Shown: piece by piece, positions 1 to 8,670 of the stretch
Layout of the letters: every line of letters starts with the position of its first letter
Numbering within the stretch: position 1 is the stretch's first letter
Virus record (IMG/VR): IMGVR_UViG_3300046532_001046
Location: 36,419 to 100,418 of that record
Source: a virus
Length of the DNA stretch: 64,000 nucleotides
Strand: one strand, 5' to 3'
The notes under the pieces: model-generated
What the model saw: only the letters and a program-made list of their open reading frames with translations
What the model was told of the DNA's origin: nothing
The model's database searches: none
Translations under genes and position numbers: made by a program

Positions 1-691
1 GGGCACGCTCCACCGTGTTCCCCAGACCGTTGGAGGTGTTCTCCACGAGGGCGTCGGGCACGTTGGCGAGGGTCGTCACGAGGAACGACTTGGCCTCGGT
101 GCGGAGGACCTCACGGGCCGCAGACTTCTCAGCGGAGTGAGCATTGCGCTCGGCCACCTCGGCCCGGTGGACGAGTTGCTCGGCAGCCTTCTCGGTCTCG
201 TCAAAGGGACCCTCCACCCCGGACAGCGGGACGGTGCCGACGTGGTCGCCAAGGCTGACGAGGGAGGGACGGCCAGTCGTGTCCCAGTAGTACTCGGTGC
301 CCCACTCAGCGATCAGGGCGTCACGCTCGCCGTCCAGCCACCGCTCGTCGGAGAACGGGTTGGAGTACGTCAGCAGGTGCTGACTGTGCTGCTGGAAGGG
401 CTGGGGCTGGAAGGTGAGGTCCAGAGTCTGGTCACCGTGGTGGACGACGCTGCCACGAGCGTTGTCGATCCAGCGGAGGACCTCCACATGGTCGATCCAC
501 CTCGTCCCCACGGTGATGTCCCAACCCTCACTGGTCTGGACGAGCAGGTGGTTGTTGGGGGCCTTGTCGGACTCCGACCGGGGGGACTGCACAGCGGTCA
601 CCGTGTCACCGGTTCGGAACCAGAACGCATCACGCTTGGTGTTTCCTGCGTAGCGGTAGATCGTGTTCGGATGGATGTCTTTGATCTTCAT
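1..691 (-). CDS. Hypothetical early protein, truncated by the left window edge (MKIKDIHPNTIYRYAGNTKRDAFWFRT...)
   Basis: ATG at 691-689 with AAGGAG RBS (ctcctt 703-708). The frame stays open to the edge, so it is absent from the ORF track. Confidence 0.75.
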   Translation of the reverse strand, partial: MKIKDIHPNTIYRYAGNTKRDAFWFRTGDTVTAVQSPRSESDKAPNNHLLVQTSEGWDITVGTRWIDHVEVLRWIDNARGSVVHHGDQTLDLTFQPQPFQQHSQHLLTYSNPFSDERWLDGERDALIAEWGTEYYWDTTGRPSLVSLGDHVGTVPLSGVEGPFDETEKAAEQLVHRAEVAERNAHSAEKSAAREVLRTEAKSFLVTTLANVPDALVENTSNGLGNTVERA

Positions 692-740
692 ATTGGTGTG
701 GTCTCCTTGTGTGGTTTATTGGTCGTTGGTTGGTCGTTGA

Positions 741-1502
741 TTAGTTGAACTTTGCCCAGCAGATTGGTCCGATTCCTCGGGCCACCGACTGCTCGTCTTC
801 CAGTGCCCGGAAGCAGCAGCCGCAGGTGGACGTGATCTGGCCGTAGGCCGCTGCACTGGCCTGCACGTCGGCCAGCATCCGGGCGAGGGTGGTGGCGGCG
901 TCGCCCACGTACTCCGCACCGGGGCGCTGGGAGCCGTACTGGGTGCCGTGGCCGTAGGCGGCGTCATCGCTCACGTTGACCCAGCCGGTGGTCTGGTTGT
1001 ACGACACCTTGACCTTCAGGCGGGTCTCACCGGAGACCTGCCCATCGACGTGGACAGGGTCGGCCAGCCGGAGGGTGTACGAGTCCTTGCCGTTCCAGTT
1101 GGAGTGCCGACCGAAGGTCTCACAGGCCACCCGGAAGTCGATGCCAGAGGTCTGGACCTCGCCCTCCGGGCACTCCCCGGCGAAGTGGTACGAGGACCAG
1201 ACCTTGGCGACCACAGAGGCGTGGGCCTGACCGGCGAAGGTCGGGTGGGCGCACAGGGCGCACTTGGCATGGCGCTTGCTGACCATGACGTGGTCGGCCT
1301 CCGGGCCTTGGTAGGCGTCCGGGGTCGGAGCCGGGAGGGCCAGCAGGTGGTCGATGAGTTCGCTGGCCGACTTGGTCGTCAGGGTCGGGATAACTGCCCC
1401 ATACTGGGCAACCTCGGCAAGGTCGGTGACACGCTCGGCAATGAGTTTGCCGAGGAATGCCAACTGCTTGTCGCTGGCTGGGTTGGCGGTGGTCTGGGTC
1501 AT
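741..1502 (-). CDS. DUF6011-like zinc-finger protein
   Basis: C-terminal CGCCFRALEDEQSVARGIGPICW matches the C..C.R.L....S...G.GP.C pattern of actinophage DUF6011 proteins. N-terminal ASDKQLAFL motif. Confidence 0.7.
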   Translation of the reverse strand: MTQTTANPASDKQLAFLGKLIAERVTDLAEVAQYGAVIPTLTTKSASELIDHLLALPAPTPDAYQGPEADHVMVSKRHAKCALCAHPTFAGQAHASVVAKVWSSYHFAGECPEGEVQTSGIDFRVACETFGRHSNWNGKDSYTLRLADPVHVDGQVSGETRLKVKVSYNQTTGWVNVSDDAAYGHGTQYGSQRPGAEYVGDAATTLARMLADVQASAAAYGQITSTCGCCFRALEDEQSVARGIGPICWAKFN

Positions 1503-1756
1503 GCCGTCACCGACAGGCCACAGCGGAGGAGGAACAGGTCACGGGAGAACGAGGGCGAGTCTGCGAAGAACTCGTCAGCGATCAACTCCATCACCCACCG
1601 GGGGACATCAGCCGACGGGCGGTCACCAGTACCCCAGAGCGCATCGGACAGGCGCAGGGCGATCAGGGGGGACACCGTCAGGTGCTCCCAAGAGTGGCAA
1701 TCGCTCCGGGTCTCCATCGTGCAGTGCTGGCAAGGTGTGTGTACTGGCTGGGTCAT
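1499..1756 (-). CDS. Hypothetical early protein
   Basis: AGGAG RBS, immediately downstream of a promoter cassette, ATGA overlap with the next gene. Confidence 0.65.
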   Translation of the reverse strand: MTQPVHTPCQHCTMETRSDCHSWEHLTVSPLIALRLSDALWGTGDRPSADVPRWVMELIADEFFADSPSFSRDLFLLRCGLSVTA

Positions 1757-1785
1757 GTGTGGCGCTCCTGTGTGGGGGGCTGGGG

Positions 1786-1809
1786 GCGGGGGGGAGGGTT
1801 CCCCCCCGC
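1786..1809 (-). promoter_or_regulatory. 5'-leader stem-loop of early cassette 1
   Basis: GCGGGGGGG-AACCCT-CCCCCCCGC, a 9-bp stem just downstream of the -10 box. A similar copy lies at 2642-2664. Confidence 0.6.
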
Positions 1810-1817
1810 TGTGCTCA

Positions 1818-1865
1818 ATACTACAACCAGTGCAGGGAGATTAGCAATGGCTGGGGCAAGATTCC
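1818..1865 (-). promoter_or_regulatory. Early sigma70/HrdB-type promoter P1
   Basis: TTGCTA-N18-TAGTAT with conserved spacer ATCTCCCTGCACTG and upstream block CTTGCCCCAGCC. Confidence 0.8.
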
Positions 1866-1872
1866 TGTATTG

Positions 1873-2214
1873 TCATCCGTAGACCGGCACACCGAAGAGG
1901 GCGAACTGGACGACCATGTCTGCCGTGTCGGCGTCCTGCACGTCCTCCCACGCCTCGGTGTCCTTGCCACCGGAGTACAGGAGGCTGCGGGCTGCGGACC
2001 TGACCTCGGCCAGTACTTCTCCACAGCCGCTGTCGGCCAGCCGTCGGAAGCCCCGCCTGATCGTGTCCTCGGTGATCCGGTGCTGGTCGCCTTCGATGTC
2101 TTCGATGACAGCGAACCAGTCGGCCCGGTCCCAGTCGTACTGGATGACCTCGGACCAGTATCCGATGCCACCTTCGATGGCCGTCACGAACTCGTCGTGG
2201 TAGGTGGGGGTCAT
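1873..2214 (-). CDS. Hypothetical phage protein (MTPTYHDEF...DADTADMVVQFALFGVPVYG)
   Basis: Start re-called to ATG 2214, which overlaps the upstream stop (ATGA). AIEGGIGYW and D...AD.VVQ.ALFG...YG motifs are common in phage proteins. Confidence 0.75.
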   Translation of the reverse strand: MTPTYHDEFVTAIEGGIGYWSEVIQYDWDRADWFAVIEDIEGDQHRITEDTIRRGFRRLADSGCGEVLAEVRSAARSLLYSGGKDTEAWEDVQDADTADMVVQFALFGVPVYG

Positions 2215-2615
2215 GCCGTCACCTCTGCGCCCGTGAGGTTCACCACGGTCTCCTCGGTGCCAGCGTCGGCCTGACGCTTCTGCTCGGTAAGGGCAGCCAG
2301 CAGGGCGTCCAGCACACGATGCTCGTGGCCCTCTGGGAGGTCGACCGACACGTCGCCAATGTCGATGCTGACGATGCCGTCGACCACGTTGCCGTGGATG
2401 CCGAAGGCGTGGTCGGCAAAGGGCTGGTTCTCCGGCGGGAGAGCCCACTCACCACGAGGGTGGATGGTCAGGTTGATCCGGTTGCATGGCTCGCCAAGGT
2501 CACCGAACTCGGTGGCGTGGGCCCTGTACGTCCGACCCGCCACGTCTGTGTGTCGGGACCAGTGGGAGCCGGGGAACTCGGTCGTCACGGTGGCGGTGAT
2601 GGTGGGGGTTCGCAT
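2211..2615 (-). CDS. Hypothetical early protein
   Basis: AGGAG RBS, first gene after promoter P2. Confidence 0.7.
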   Translation of the reverse strand: MRTPTITATVTTEFPGSHWSRHTDVAGRTYRAHATEFGDLGEPCNRINLTIHPRGEWALPPENQPFADHAFGIHGNVVDGIVSIDIGDVSVDLPEGHEHRVLDALLAALTEQKRQADAGTEETVVNLTGAEVTA

Positions 2616-2672
2616 GTTGGGTGGGGCTCCTGTGTGGTTGGGCGGGGGGAGGGTTCCCTCCCGCTGTGCTCC

Positions 2673-2725
2673 ACCTTACGCCCAGTGCAGGGAGATTAGC
2701 AATGGCTGGGGCAAGATTCCTGTAC
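2673..2725 (-). promoter_or_regulatory. Early promoter P2
   Basis: TTGCTA-N18-TAAGGT, near-identical to P1 over about 45 bp. Confidence 0.8.
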
Positions 2726-2937
2726 TGCCACTGTCGGCGGTCGACCTCGGCGGACGTGTCTGTCCGTTGACCACCCGCCGTGGTCAGCGTGTGCGCCCGC
2801 CGTAGGGGAGGTGCCCGTCGACCACGGCCCGGAGGGTGTCGGAGTCCGGAGTCATCGGTCCCGGCGGAGAGGTGGGGGCAGGTCCCGGTCCCTGCTTCGG
2901 TGTGTCTGGTGTACCCATGTGCGTATGTAATCTTTCT

Positions 2938-2980
2938 CTTAAAGCGACCCTTAAAGCGACCCTTAAAGAGACCCTTAAAG
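2938..2980. repeat. Tandem 12-bp repeat (CTTAAAGCGACC, about 3.5 copies) in non-coding DNA
   Basis: cttaaagcgacc cttaaagcgacc cttaaagagacc cttaaag. Confidence 0.9.
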
Positions 2981-3010
2981 AAGTCGACTGTACAGTGTGT
3001 TCCTGTACTG

Positions 3011-3373
3011 CTACTTGCGACTAACTTTGATCTGCCGGTAGGGGACAGTCTTGGAGACCGATGCAGCGAGGTCCACGTTGATTATTCCAGCGGTGATTCC
3101 TGCACGCCACAGAGAGAGGTCGACTTTTAAGGCACGGACTTTCTCTGCGGTTTCTGGATCGGACTCCTCCAGAGCCCCATAGTCAACGTCCAGACGCTCG
3201 CCGTTGATGAGAGTAATGGTGGCCTTGCCAGACGAGGTGGGGACCTTCACTACGTCGGCCTCATCCATTGCCGCCATCATCTTCTCCTTGGCCTCGTCCA
3301 GCCTGTCCTTGGCTGTCTTGGCTGTCCGATCCAAGCGGGCTAGTTCCTGTGCTAGTTCATCCAATGATGACAT
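3011..3373 (-). CDS. Hypothetical coiled-coil phage protein
   Basis: Helical N-terminus, GAAGG RBS. Architecture resembles 25481..25888. Confidence 0.7.
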   Translation of the reverse strand: MSSLDELAQELARLDRTAKTAKDRLDEAKEKMMAAMDEADVVKVPTSSGKATITLINGERLDVDYGALEESDPETAEKVRALKVDLSLWRAGITAGIINVDLAASVSKTVPYRQIKVSRK

Positions 3374-3560
3374 TGCTGGTGACCTTCTCTCCGTCGATTG
3401 GCGTCCGTCGTGCGTACTCCAGCGCCTCCTTGTGGCGACGCTTCTTATCCTCGGCAGCGATGGCCCACTGGACCCTCAGTCGCTGCGCTTCAGTCTCTCG
3501 GAGCGCCATGACCCTCTGCCTCGTGCCCGTGGTGTCCGTGTGTTGTCCGATGTTAGCCAT
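3357..3560 (-). CDS. Hypothetical protein
   Basis: GAGGAGG RBS, fits operon packing. Confidence 0.6.
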   Translation of the reverse strand: MANIGQHTDTTGTRQRVMALRETEAQRLRVQWAIAAEDKKRRHKEALEYARRTPIDGEKVTSNVIIG

Positions 3561-3561
3561 G

Positions 3562-3747
3562 TCAGTTCCCCCTCCTCAATGACAGTTCACTCAGGGCGTG
3601 GCGGTACTCGCTCCGCAGTTCCGTGATGAAGGCGATGGCGGCAGTACGCTCGTCGTCGTCGTCGGCGTCGCCCACCAAGCCACGGCCCAGCAGAAAGTCA
3701 CAGTGGTAGATGCGGTCGTGGAGGGTGGCCCGGTAGCGCTCGGTCAC
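3562..3747 (-). CDS. Hypothetical protein
   Basis: GTGA overlap with the upstream gene. Confidence 0.6.
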   Translation of the reverse strand: MTERYRATLHDRIYHCDFLLGRGLVGDADDDDERTAAIAFITELRSEYRHALSELSLRRGN

Positions 3748-4337
3748 GACGGGTCCTCAATCTGGAGCATGTCGTCTTCGGACAGGCGGAAGGGTGACTC
3801 GTACCGTTCAGTCACCGGCCACTGGTCACGCTGGGTCACACCAGAGCCGTACTCATCCCACGCCTCGTCCTCTCCACAGTCAGAGCAGACGTAGACAGGA
3901 ATATCGGTAGCCTCACGAGTCGTGCGGCTCAGGGCGTTGTGGGTCACTGGCACCACGAGGCTCTGGGACTCGCACCGGGGACACAGGCCACCGTCCCCAG
4001 CGTACTCGTTGTTGATGATGGAGAGGCCCACGTCGATCTCATCGACCTGAGCCCAGCCCATACGGAGGATCGTCCAGTAGGTGTTGTCGGGAAGCCCGAC
4101 CACGTCACCCACTGAGAGGGAGCGCTTGCCCTTCTGGACGTTGATCTCAGTACCGTCAACAGCGTTGTTGTCGCGGTACACGTCGGACAGGAAGGGGAGG
4201 GGGTCGACGCCGTCGGCCTCCTCGTCCCATTCTTCGTCAACGTATGCGTAGGCAGTCTCCAGCGTGTCTCCGGCTGAGAACTCGTCCCAGCCAATGCCTT
4301 CGTCGGCCACCCGATGGTAGATAGAGATGATGTTCAA
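3744..4337 (-). CDS. YodL-like domain protein with C-terminal zinc ribbon
   Basis: RSLSVGDVV resembles the YodL-family motif. CPRC...NALSR...VCSDCG zinc finger. First gene after P3. Confidence 0.6.
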   Translation of the reverse strand: MNIISIYHRVADEGIGWDEFSAGDTLETAYAYVDEEWDEEADGVDPLPFLSDVYRDNNAVDGTEINVQKGKRSLSVGDVVGLPDNTYWTILRMGWAQVDEIDVGLSIINNEYAGDGGLCPRCESQSLVVPVTHNALSRTTREATDIPVYVCSDCGEDEAWDEYGSGVTQRDQWPVTERYESPFRLSEDDMLQIEDPS

Positions 4338-4376
4338 GGTATTCCCTTCCCTTGTTAGTTGTTCCCTCTGCGCTCC

Positions 4377-4406
4377 ACCTTACGTCCAGTGCAGGGAGAT
4401 TGTCAA
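4377..4406 (-). promoter_or_regulatory. Early promoter P3
   Basis: Consensus TTGACA-N18-TAAGGT with the same ATCTCCCTGCACTGG spacer. Confidence 0.85.
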
Positions 4407-4768
4407 GACCCAGTACCAGAATCTTTGTCTTGGTCATACGGGTGCGGACGCTGCTTGAACGGATTGCGGTACGGCTCACGGTACTTGTCCTCTGCCCACC
4501 CAGCCCACCTGTCGTCCTCGTGGCCTCGCTGTGTCCTGTGCTTAAAGGGGTCGTACATCCCGTAGGACGAACGACGGTGCTCGCCCCCCCGGCGCTTCTC
4601 CTCGTCCTCAATCCACTTCAGTATGGTGTCGATGAGAAAGCCAAGGCTGTTGTTCACCTTCTTCAACTCGTCCTCTACACGAGAGAGTCCACGGCCCTCA
4701 GTCTGGTAGTACTCTTGGAGTCGCTTCTGCTTCTCGTTGAACTCCTGAGCCCCTTGGTCTAACCCCAT
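4403..4768 (-). CDS. Hypothetical protein (coiled coil plus charged tail)
   Basis: GAGG RBS, directly after the upstream gene stop. Confidence 0.65.
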   Translation of the reverse strand: MGLDQGAQEFNEKQKRLQEYYQTEGRGLSRVEDELKKVNNSLGFLIDTILKWIEDEEKRRGGEHRRSSYGMYDPFKHRTQRGHEDDRWAGWAEDKYREPYRNPFKQRPHPYDQDKDSGTGS

Positions 4769-4772
4769 GTCC

Positions 4773-6386
4773 TCACTCCTTCTGTACTGTTGGTTTGCGA
4801 ACCCGAAGCACCTTGTGCTTCACGACCAACTCACCGTCGTCGGGTCCCTTCATGTATGCCTTCACCCTAACTCGTTTGACCACCGTCCCGTTCCCGTCTC
4901 GGAGCCGCCTCCAATGTGAAGCAACTGGGAACCGGTAGGTGAGCACCCCCTTGAACTCGGGATCACTCTCGGCGGTTGGCCTGTATGCCTTGGGCAGGTC
5001 AACAACGATGACGTTGGAGACAGTCCGTTCCTTGCCAGACTTGTTCCTCTTCTTGCCGTACACCGGGACGGTCTCCACTACTGCGATCTCCTGCATGATC
5101 GACCACAGGGCATGGAACGCTTGGGTGAGAAACAGGAAGCCGTCTCCATGACGACGCAGCACCTCCTCCTCGCTAACGTCAAGGAAGGTGAGCACGTCCC
5201 AGACGAGGTTTGCCTCACCCTGTGCGCTGAAGTCCGACCACCCCAACTGATTGACAGGGTCAGTGAGGACGGACAAGTTTCGTAGGGCTAAACGAACACT
5301 GTCCAAGAAAGGGAAGTGGAAGTCGTAGGCGCTGCCCTCGTCCCAGTCGCCAAGAGTCTCCACGCCGTCAGTAATCTCGTCGGGGAGTACACCGATCAGC
5401 CCGGTCTCCCGTGGGTCTGAGTACAACGATAGAACGACGGCCAGCGGCTCGGCATGGTCAGGACGTTCAACGTCCCTAACAATCATCCCCGGATCGTCCA
5501 CGCCTTTACCGGAGATCGTGTGCCACGACATCGCTCGGATGGGTCGGTGGCTGAACCCGGCCCTCGCTTGGTTCATGTCGGGATCGCAGGGTAGTACCAG
5601 AGGCTTCTCCAGATACATCCAGCCACTCTGCGTCGGCAAGTCGTCAAACGTCAGAGGTACTATGGGAATGTCCGCCCACTCATTCGCCAGCAACTCAACC
5701 ATGTCCGTGGTACACGACCCAGCGGTGGTGTTCTTCCACTCGTGTTCCAGTGCTTCGGTAATCGTAGCGGGGAAGGGGCTCTGACCGGGGTGAGCAGAGG
5801 TGTGTTCAACCAGTCGTCGGTAGTTGCTGCGAGACGAAGGATGGATGGATCGAACGTAGGACTGCTTGGCGTTCACCAAGTCCTTTGACGACAGGTGTCG
5901 GTTGGGGTAGTTGGACGTGCCAGTAAGTGTGGCGTACAGCGAGGTAAACAATGGAAGTGTCTTGTCGGAGGACAGATAATCTCGGACCATGTTCCGGTGG
6001 TCCCTGTGGAACACATCCCGATCACCAAGGTCCTCTCGGAGAGTGATGTTGGAGTTCTCGTCATCGCCCAGCCGTGTGCCATCCAGTTCCATGTCCAGTT
6101 CCATGTCCAGTTCCATGTCACGTTCCAAAGCCCACACGTCGTCCTCGTCAGCGAGGCGCTCCATAATCTCTGTGGCAAACGTGTGGGGGTTCCACTCGTC
6201 GCTGAACACGTTGATGTTGCGTCCCTCTCGGAGCACCATGTCGTACAGCACCAGTACGGTGCAGCGCACCAGAAAGTCTGAACCGTGTTTAGCCATCGTT
6301 CGTCCCTCGTTGTCGTCTGGGAGCAGTTTCAAGTCATGCTCAGGACTGACGCGACAGTCTTCGACCGTGAAGTCTCTAACTGCCAA
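4773..6386 (-). CDS. Large hypothetical phage protein (start may be ATG 6296)
   Basis: Long ORF with a C-terminal V.SHWR...RV..Y.KGP motif seen in many phage hypotheticals. Internal ELDM repeat. Confidence 0.75.
   Translation of the reverse strand: MAVRDFTVEDCRVSPEHDLKLLPDDNEGRTMAKHGSDFLVRCTVLVLYDMVLREGRNINVFSDEWNPHTFATEIMERLADEDDVWALERDMELDMELDMELDGTRLGDDENSNITLREDLGDRDVFHRDHRNMVRDYLSSDKTLPLFTSLYATLTGTSNYPNRHLSSKDLVNAKQSYVRSIHPSSRSNYRRLVEHTSAHPGQSPFPATITEALEHEWKNTTAGSCTTDMVELLANEWADIPIVPLTFDDLPTQSGWMYLEKPLVLPCDPDMNQARAGFSHRPIRAMSWHTISGKGVDDPGMIVRDVERPDHAEPLAVVLSLYSDPRETGLIGVLPDEITDGVETLGDWDEGSAYDFHFPFLDSVRLALRNLSVLTDPVNQLGWSDFSAQGEANLVWDVLTFLDVSEEEVLRRHGDGFLFLTQAFHALWSIMQEIAVVETVPVYGKKRNKSGKERTVSNVIVVDLPKAYRPTAESDPEFKGVLTYRFPVASHWRRLRDGNGTVVKRVRVKAYMKGPDDGELVVKHKVLRVRKPTVQKE
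6082..6119. repeat. In-frame 12-bp tandem repeat (CCAGTTCCATGT x3, encodes DMEL repeats)
   Basis: Read directly at 6082-6119. Confidence 0.85.
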
Positions 6387-6428
6387 CTCCCCTGTTATTT
6401 AGTTGTGTTGGTACCAATGGCACCGGGA

Positions 6429-6460
6429 AGGACTGGGGCGGCTTACGGACGCCCCAGCCC
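6429..6460 (-). terminator. GC-rich hairpin after the DUF932 gene
   Basis: GGGCTGGGGCG-loop-CGCCCCAGTCC, no long U-tract. Confidence 0.55.
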
Positions 6461-6472
6461 AACCCGCTGGCA

Positions 6473-7537
6473 TCAGACCCCGACGGTCTCCAGCACAGCG
6501 TCAAGGACGAACTTGTCGGCCTTGGAGGTGGACCCATTGAGGGCGTTCACCATGTTGCGCTCGGCACGCTTCTCAGCCTTGCCGGTGTAGTGGTGGCTGT
6601 AGGTGTTCCACGCCTGCACCACACCAAGCGCCGTGCCCTTCCAAGGGGCCACACGGGGGTCTGAGGTCCAGAGGGACCGGAGACGCTCCGTCTTGTTTTC
6701 GGCTCGGGTCACCCCAGCCTGATTGCTGGACTCCAGCGTGGGGACCGGGACCAGACGCTGGATGATCCGGTCGAACTGGAAGTTGTCCACCTTGATGTTG
6801 GACAGCCTCTCAATCTCGGCCATCATCTCGTCACCGGCCACATGGACGATGTCCAATGCCTCCCGTACTGACTGGAGACGGAACCCGGAGTTGGTGGTGT
6901 GTCGGGTACGACTCACCTGCCCCTGATCCTGAAGGCCCCACGACAGGGTGTTGTCACACACGACCGCTGTGGCCGTCTGCTTGAACGTCGTGGCGAGGGT
7001 CCCGTTGTGGCTCGTGGTAGCGAGCAACTGGGGACGGATGGTGAACCCCTGTGGGGTCTCAAGGTTCTCGGGGAGTTCGACACTCACCCAAGCAACTCCA
7101 CCGTTCTGGAGGAGGCCAGCGCTGGCGACGGCGAGTTCATCGTCGTCAATCAGGTTGGCAACCGTGTTCAAGAGCCATTCACGGTACTGGTGGATGGCGT
7201 AGGAGGTCTTGAACATGCGGAACACCTCGTTGGTGTCCGACCGTCCAATGGCCTTGTAGTCACCGACCGGGACGTGCTTGTAGGCAGCCCCCGTGAGGGC
7301 GTCCAGACCAGCGATGTCCACATCCGACGTGGAAGTCGGAACGGTGATGGTGACGGGGAACTCTTTGGCCTCCCAGAAGAAGAGGCGACGTTCCACGTCT
7401 TCAACCGGGATGGCGAGTTCGTAGTGGTTGGGCTCGTCGCCCTGATCGCTGGCACGGTAGTGCCATGCGTTACCACGCTTGGAAGTGAAACCGACCAGAA
7501 CATTCTGGTTCAGCCACTCGCTGGATTCTTGACTCAT
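6473..7537 (-). CDS. DUF932 / LGT_TIGR03299-family phage-plasmid protein
   Basis: AWH, SAG.L..G...W, LLATTSHNG, VVCDNTL, RHT and GTALGVVQAWNTY motifs. Confidence 0.85.
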   Translation of the reverse strand: MSQESSEWLNQNVLVGFTSKRGNAWHYRASDQGDEPNHYELAIPVEDVERRLFFWEAKEFPVTITVPTSTSDVDIAGLDALTGAAYKHVPVGDYKAIGRSDTNEVFRMFKTSYAIHQYREWLLNTVANLIDDDELAVASAGLLQNGGVAWVSVELPENLETPQGFTIRPQLLATTSHNGTLATTFKQTATAVVCDNTLSWGLQDQGQVSRTRHTTNSGFRLQSVREALDIVHVAGDEMMAEIERLSNIKVDNFQFDRIIQRLVPVPTLESSNQAGVTRAENKTERLRSLWTSDPRVAPWKGTALGVVQAWNTYSHHYTGKAEKRAERNMVNALNGSTSKADKFVLDAVLETVGV

Positions 7538-7576
7538 TATTCCCCTCCTTGTGGGGTAGGTGTTTCGCTAATGAAG

Positions 7577-7623
7577 ATACTACTGGCAGTGCAGGGAGAT
7601 TAGCAAGGGCTGGGGCAAGATTC
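7577..7623 (-). promoter_or_regulatory. Early promoter P4
   Basis: TTGCTA-N18-TAGTAT, same spacer and upstream CTTGCCCCAGCC block. Confidence 0.8.
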
Positions 7624-7625
7624 TT

Positions 7626-7994
7626 TTACCACCGGTTCTGGGAGAGCAGCGGACCACGCCCATCACGAACGTCTGGCTCCATCTCGTTCATAGTCATCGT
7701 CTGGATTGGAGCGGTGGCATTCTGTACTCCGACGGCCATCATACTGTGGCGCTTCACCAACGTGCGGACGAGCGACATGATGCCCTCAGCCTTCCGGTCG
7801 TAGACACCCATGTCCACTAGGTTGGTAATGAGAGACAGACTGGGGTACGTGGGTTTGACCGGGGCGGGCATGTCGGCCTCCACCCTATCCAGTACACGGG
7901 TCGCTGCTACCTTGGCAGCGTCGACCTCCTTCTTGGTGTGGAACTTCCCAAGGTGGTACTCCTTACCCTTGCGCTCCACTCGTGCTCGGATCAT
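7626..7994 (-). CDS. AP2-like DNA-binding domain protein
   Basis: Start re-called to ATG 7994 (GAGG RBS). RARVERKGKEYHLGKFHT.KE..AA is AP2/ERF-like. Confidence 0.65.
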   Translation of the reverse strand: MIRARVERKGKEYHLGKFHTKKEVDAAKVAATRVLDRVEADMPAPVKPTYPSLSLITNLVDMGVYDRKAEGIMSLVRTLVKRHSMMAVGVQNATAPIQTMTMNEMEPDVRDGRGPLLSQNRW

Positions 7995-8027
7995 GCTTCC
8001 TCGTTTCGTAGTCGTTGGTTTCGTAGT

Positions 8028-8083
8028 GTGGGGGGCCGGGGATGGGGATGCTGTGGGAAGTAGCAACATCCCCGACCCTCCAC
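8028..8083 (-). promoter_or_regulatory. Long intergenic hairpin with two alternative pairings
   Basis: GTGGAGGGTCGGGGATG pairs with CATCCCCGGCCCCCAC, or GGGGATGTTG pairs with CAGCATCCCC. Confidence 0.6.
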
Positions 8084-8089
8084 GGTCTG

Positions 8090-8428
8090 TTAGAACGGTT
8101 CGTCCTGCGGGGTGTACCTCTCTGCGAGGGTGACAGCCCGAACGTCGTTCACGATCACTCGTCCCTTGCGGAGGGCCAGCCCGAAGCCATCGCTGTCGAT
8201 GAACGACTGAGTCAGGAAGCCTTCCATGATCTGCTGTGCGATGAATGCCACCTCATCCATGAATGGGCGTTGCTCATCGAACTGATGCTGATGGATCTGG
8301 CGGATGTACTCATCGTGTTCTCGTGCGAGGTCCACGTCGAAGGCGATGGTCAGGTTGTGACCACCTCCCTCTCGGGGTGCCTCAGGCACCATCCTGATGA
8401 TTGGTCGTTCGGCTTGTGCTTCGTTCAT
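8090..8428 (-). CDS. Hypothetical protein
   Basis: AAGGGA RBS. Confidence 0.65.
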   Translation of the reverse strand: MNEAQAERPIIRMVPEAPREGGGHNLTIAFDVDLAREHDEYIRQIHQHQFDEQRPFMDEVAFIAQQIMEGFLTQSFIDSDGFGLALRKGRVIVNDVRAVTLAERYTPQDEPF

Positions 8429-8476
8429 ACTCTTAAAGCGTCCCTTCGTGTTGTGTTACGTGTTTGGTCAAGATGC

Positions 8477-8650
8477 TCAGCGGTGCTTCTTCTTCAACTT
8501 CATGGGGCGAGGTGGCGGGTCCTTATACACCATCTTGGTGGTGCCAGCCTTGTGTCCCGCAGCCCCCGGCTCGTCCTTGGTGTAGACGGTGACCAGCCCC
8601 ATGGCTGTCTCGTAGGTCTTGTACCCGATGGTATCTTCATCTTCGTTCAT
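8477..8650 (-). CDS. Small hypothetical protein
   Basis: ATG 8650 with AGGGAG RBS, just after P5. Confidence 0.6.
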   Translation of the reverse strand: MNEDEDTIGYKTYETAMGLVTVYTKDEPGAAGHKAGTTKMVYKDPPPRPMKLKKKHR

Positions 8651-8670
8651 GGTTCTCCCTTCCACTGGGA

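Noticed and set aside
137-2805. Long plus-strand ORFs (137..748, 948..1844, 1354..2274 and others)
   Set aside because: Antisense shadows of GC-rich minus-strand genes, with no RBS or recognisable motifs.
6082-6119. 12-bp tandem repeat as a phase-variation switch
   Set aside because: The unit length is a multiple of three, so copy-number change keeps the frame; likely simple slippage in an acidic linker.
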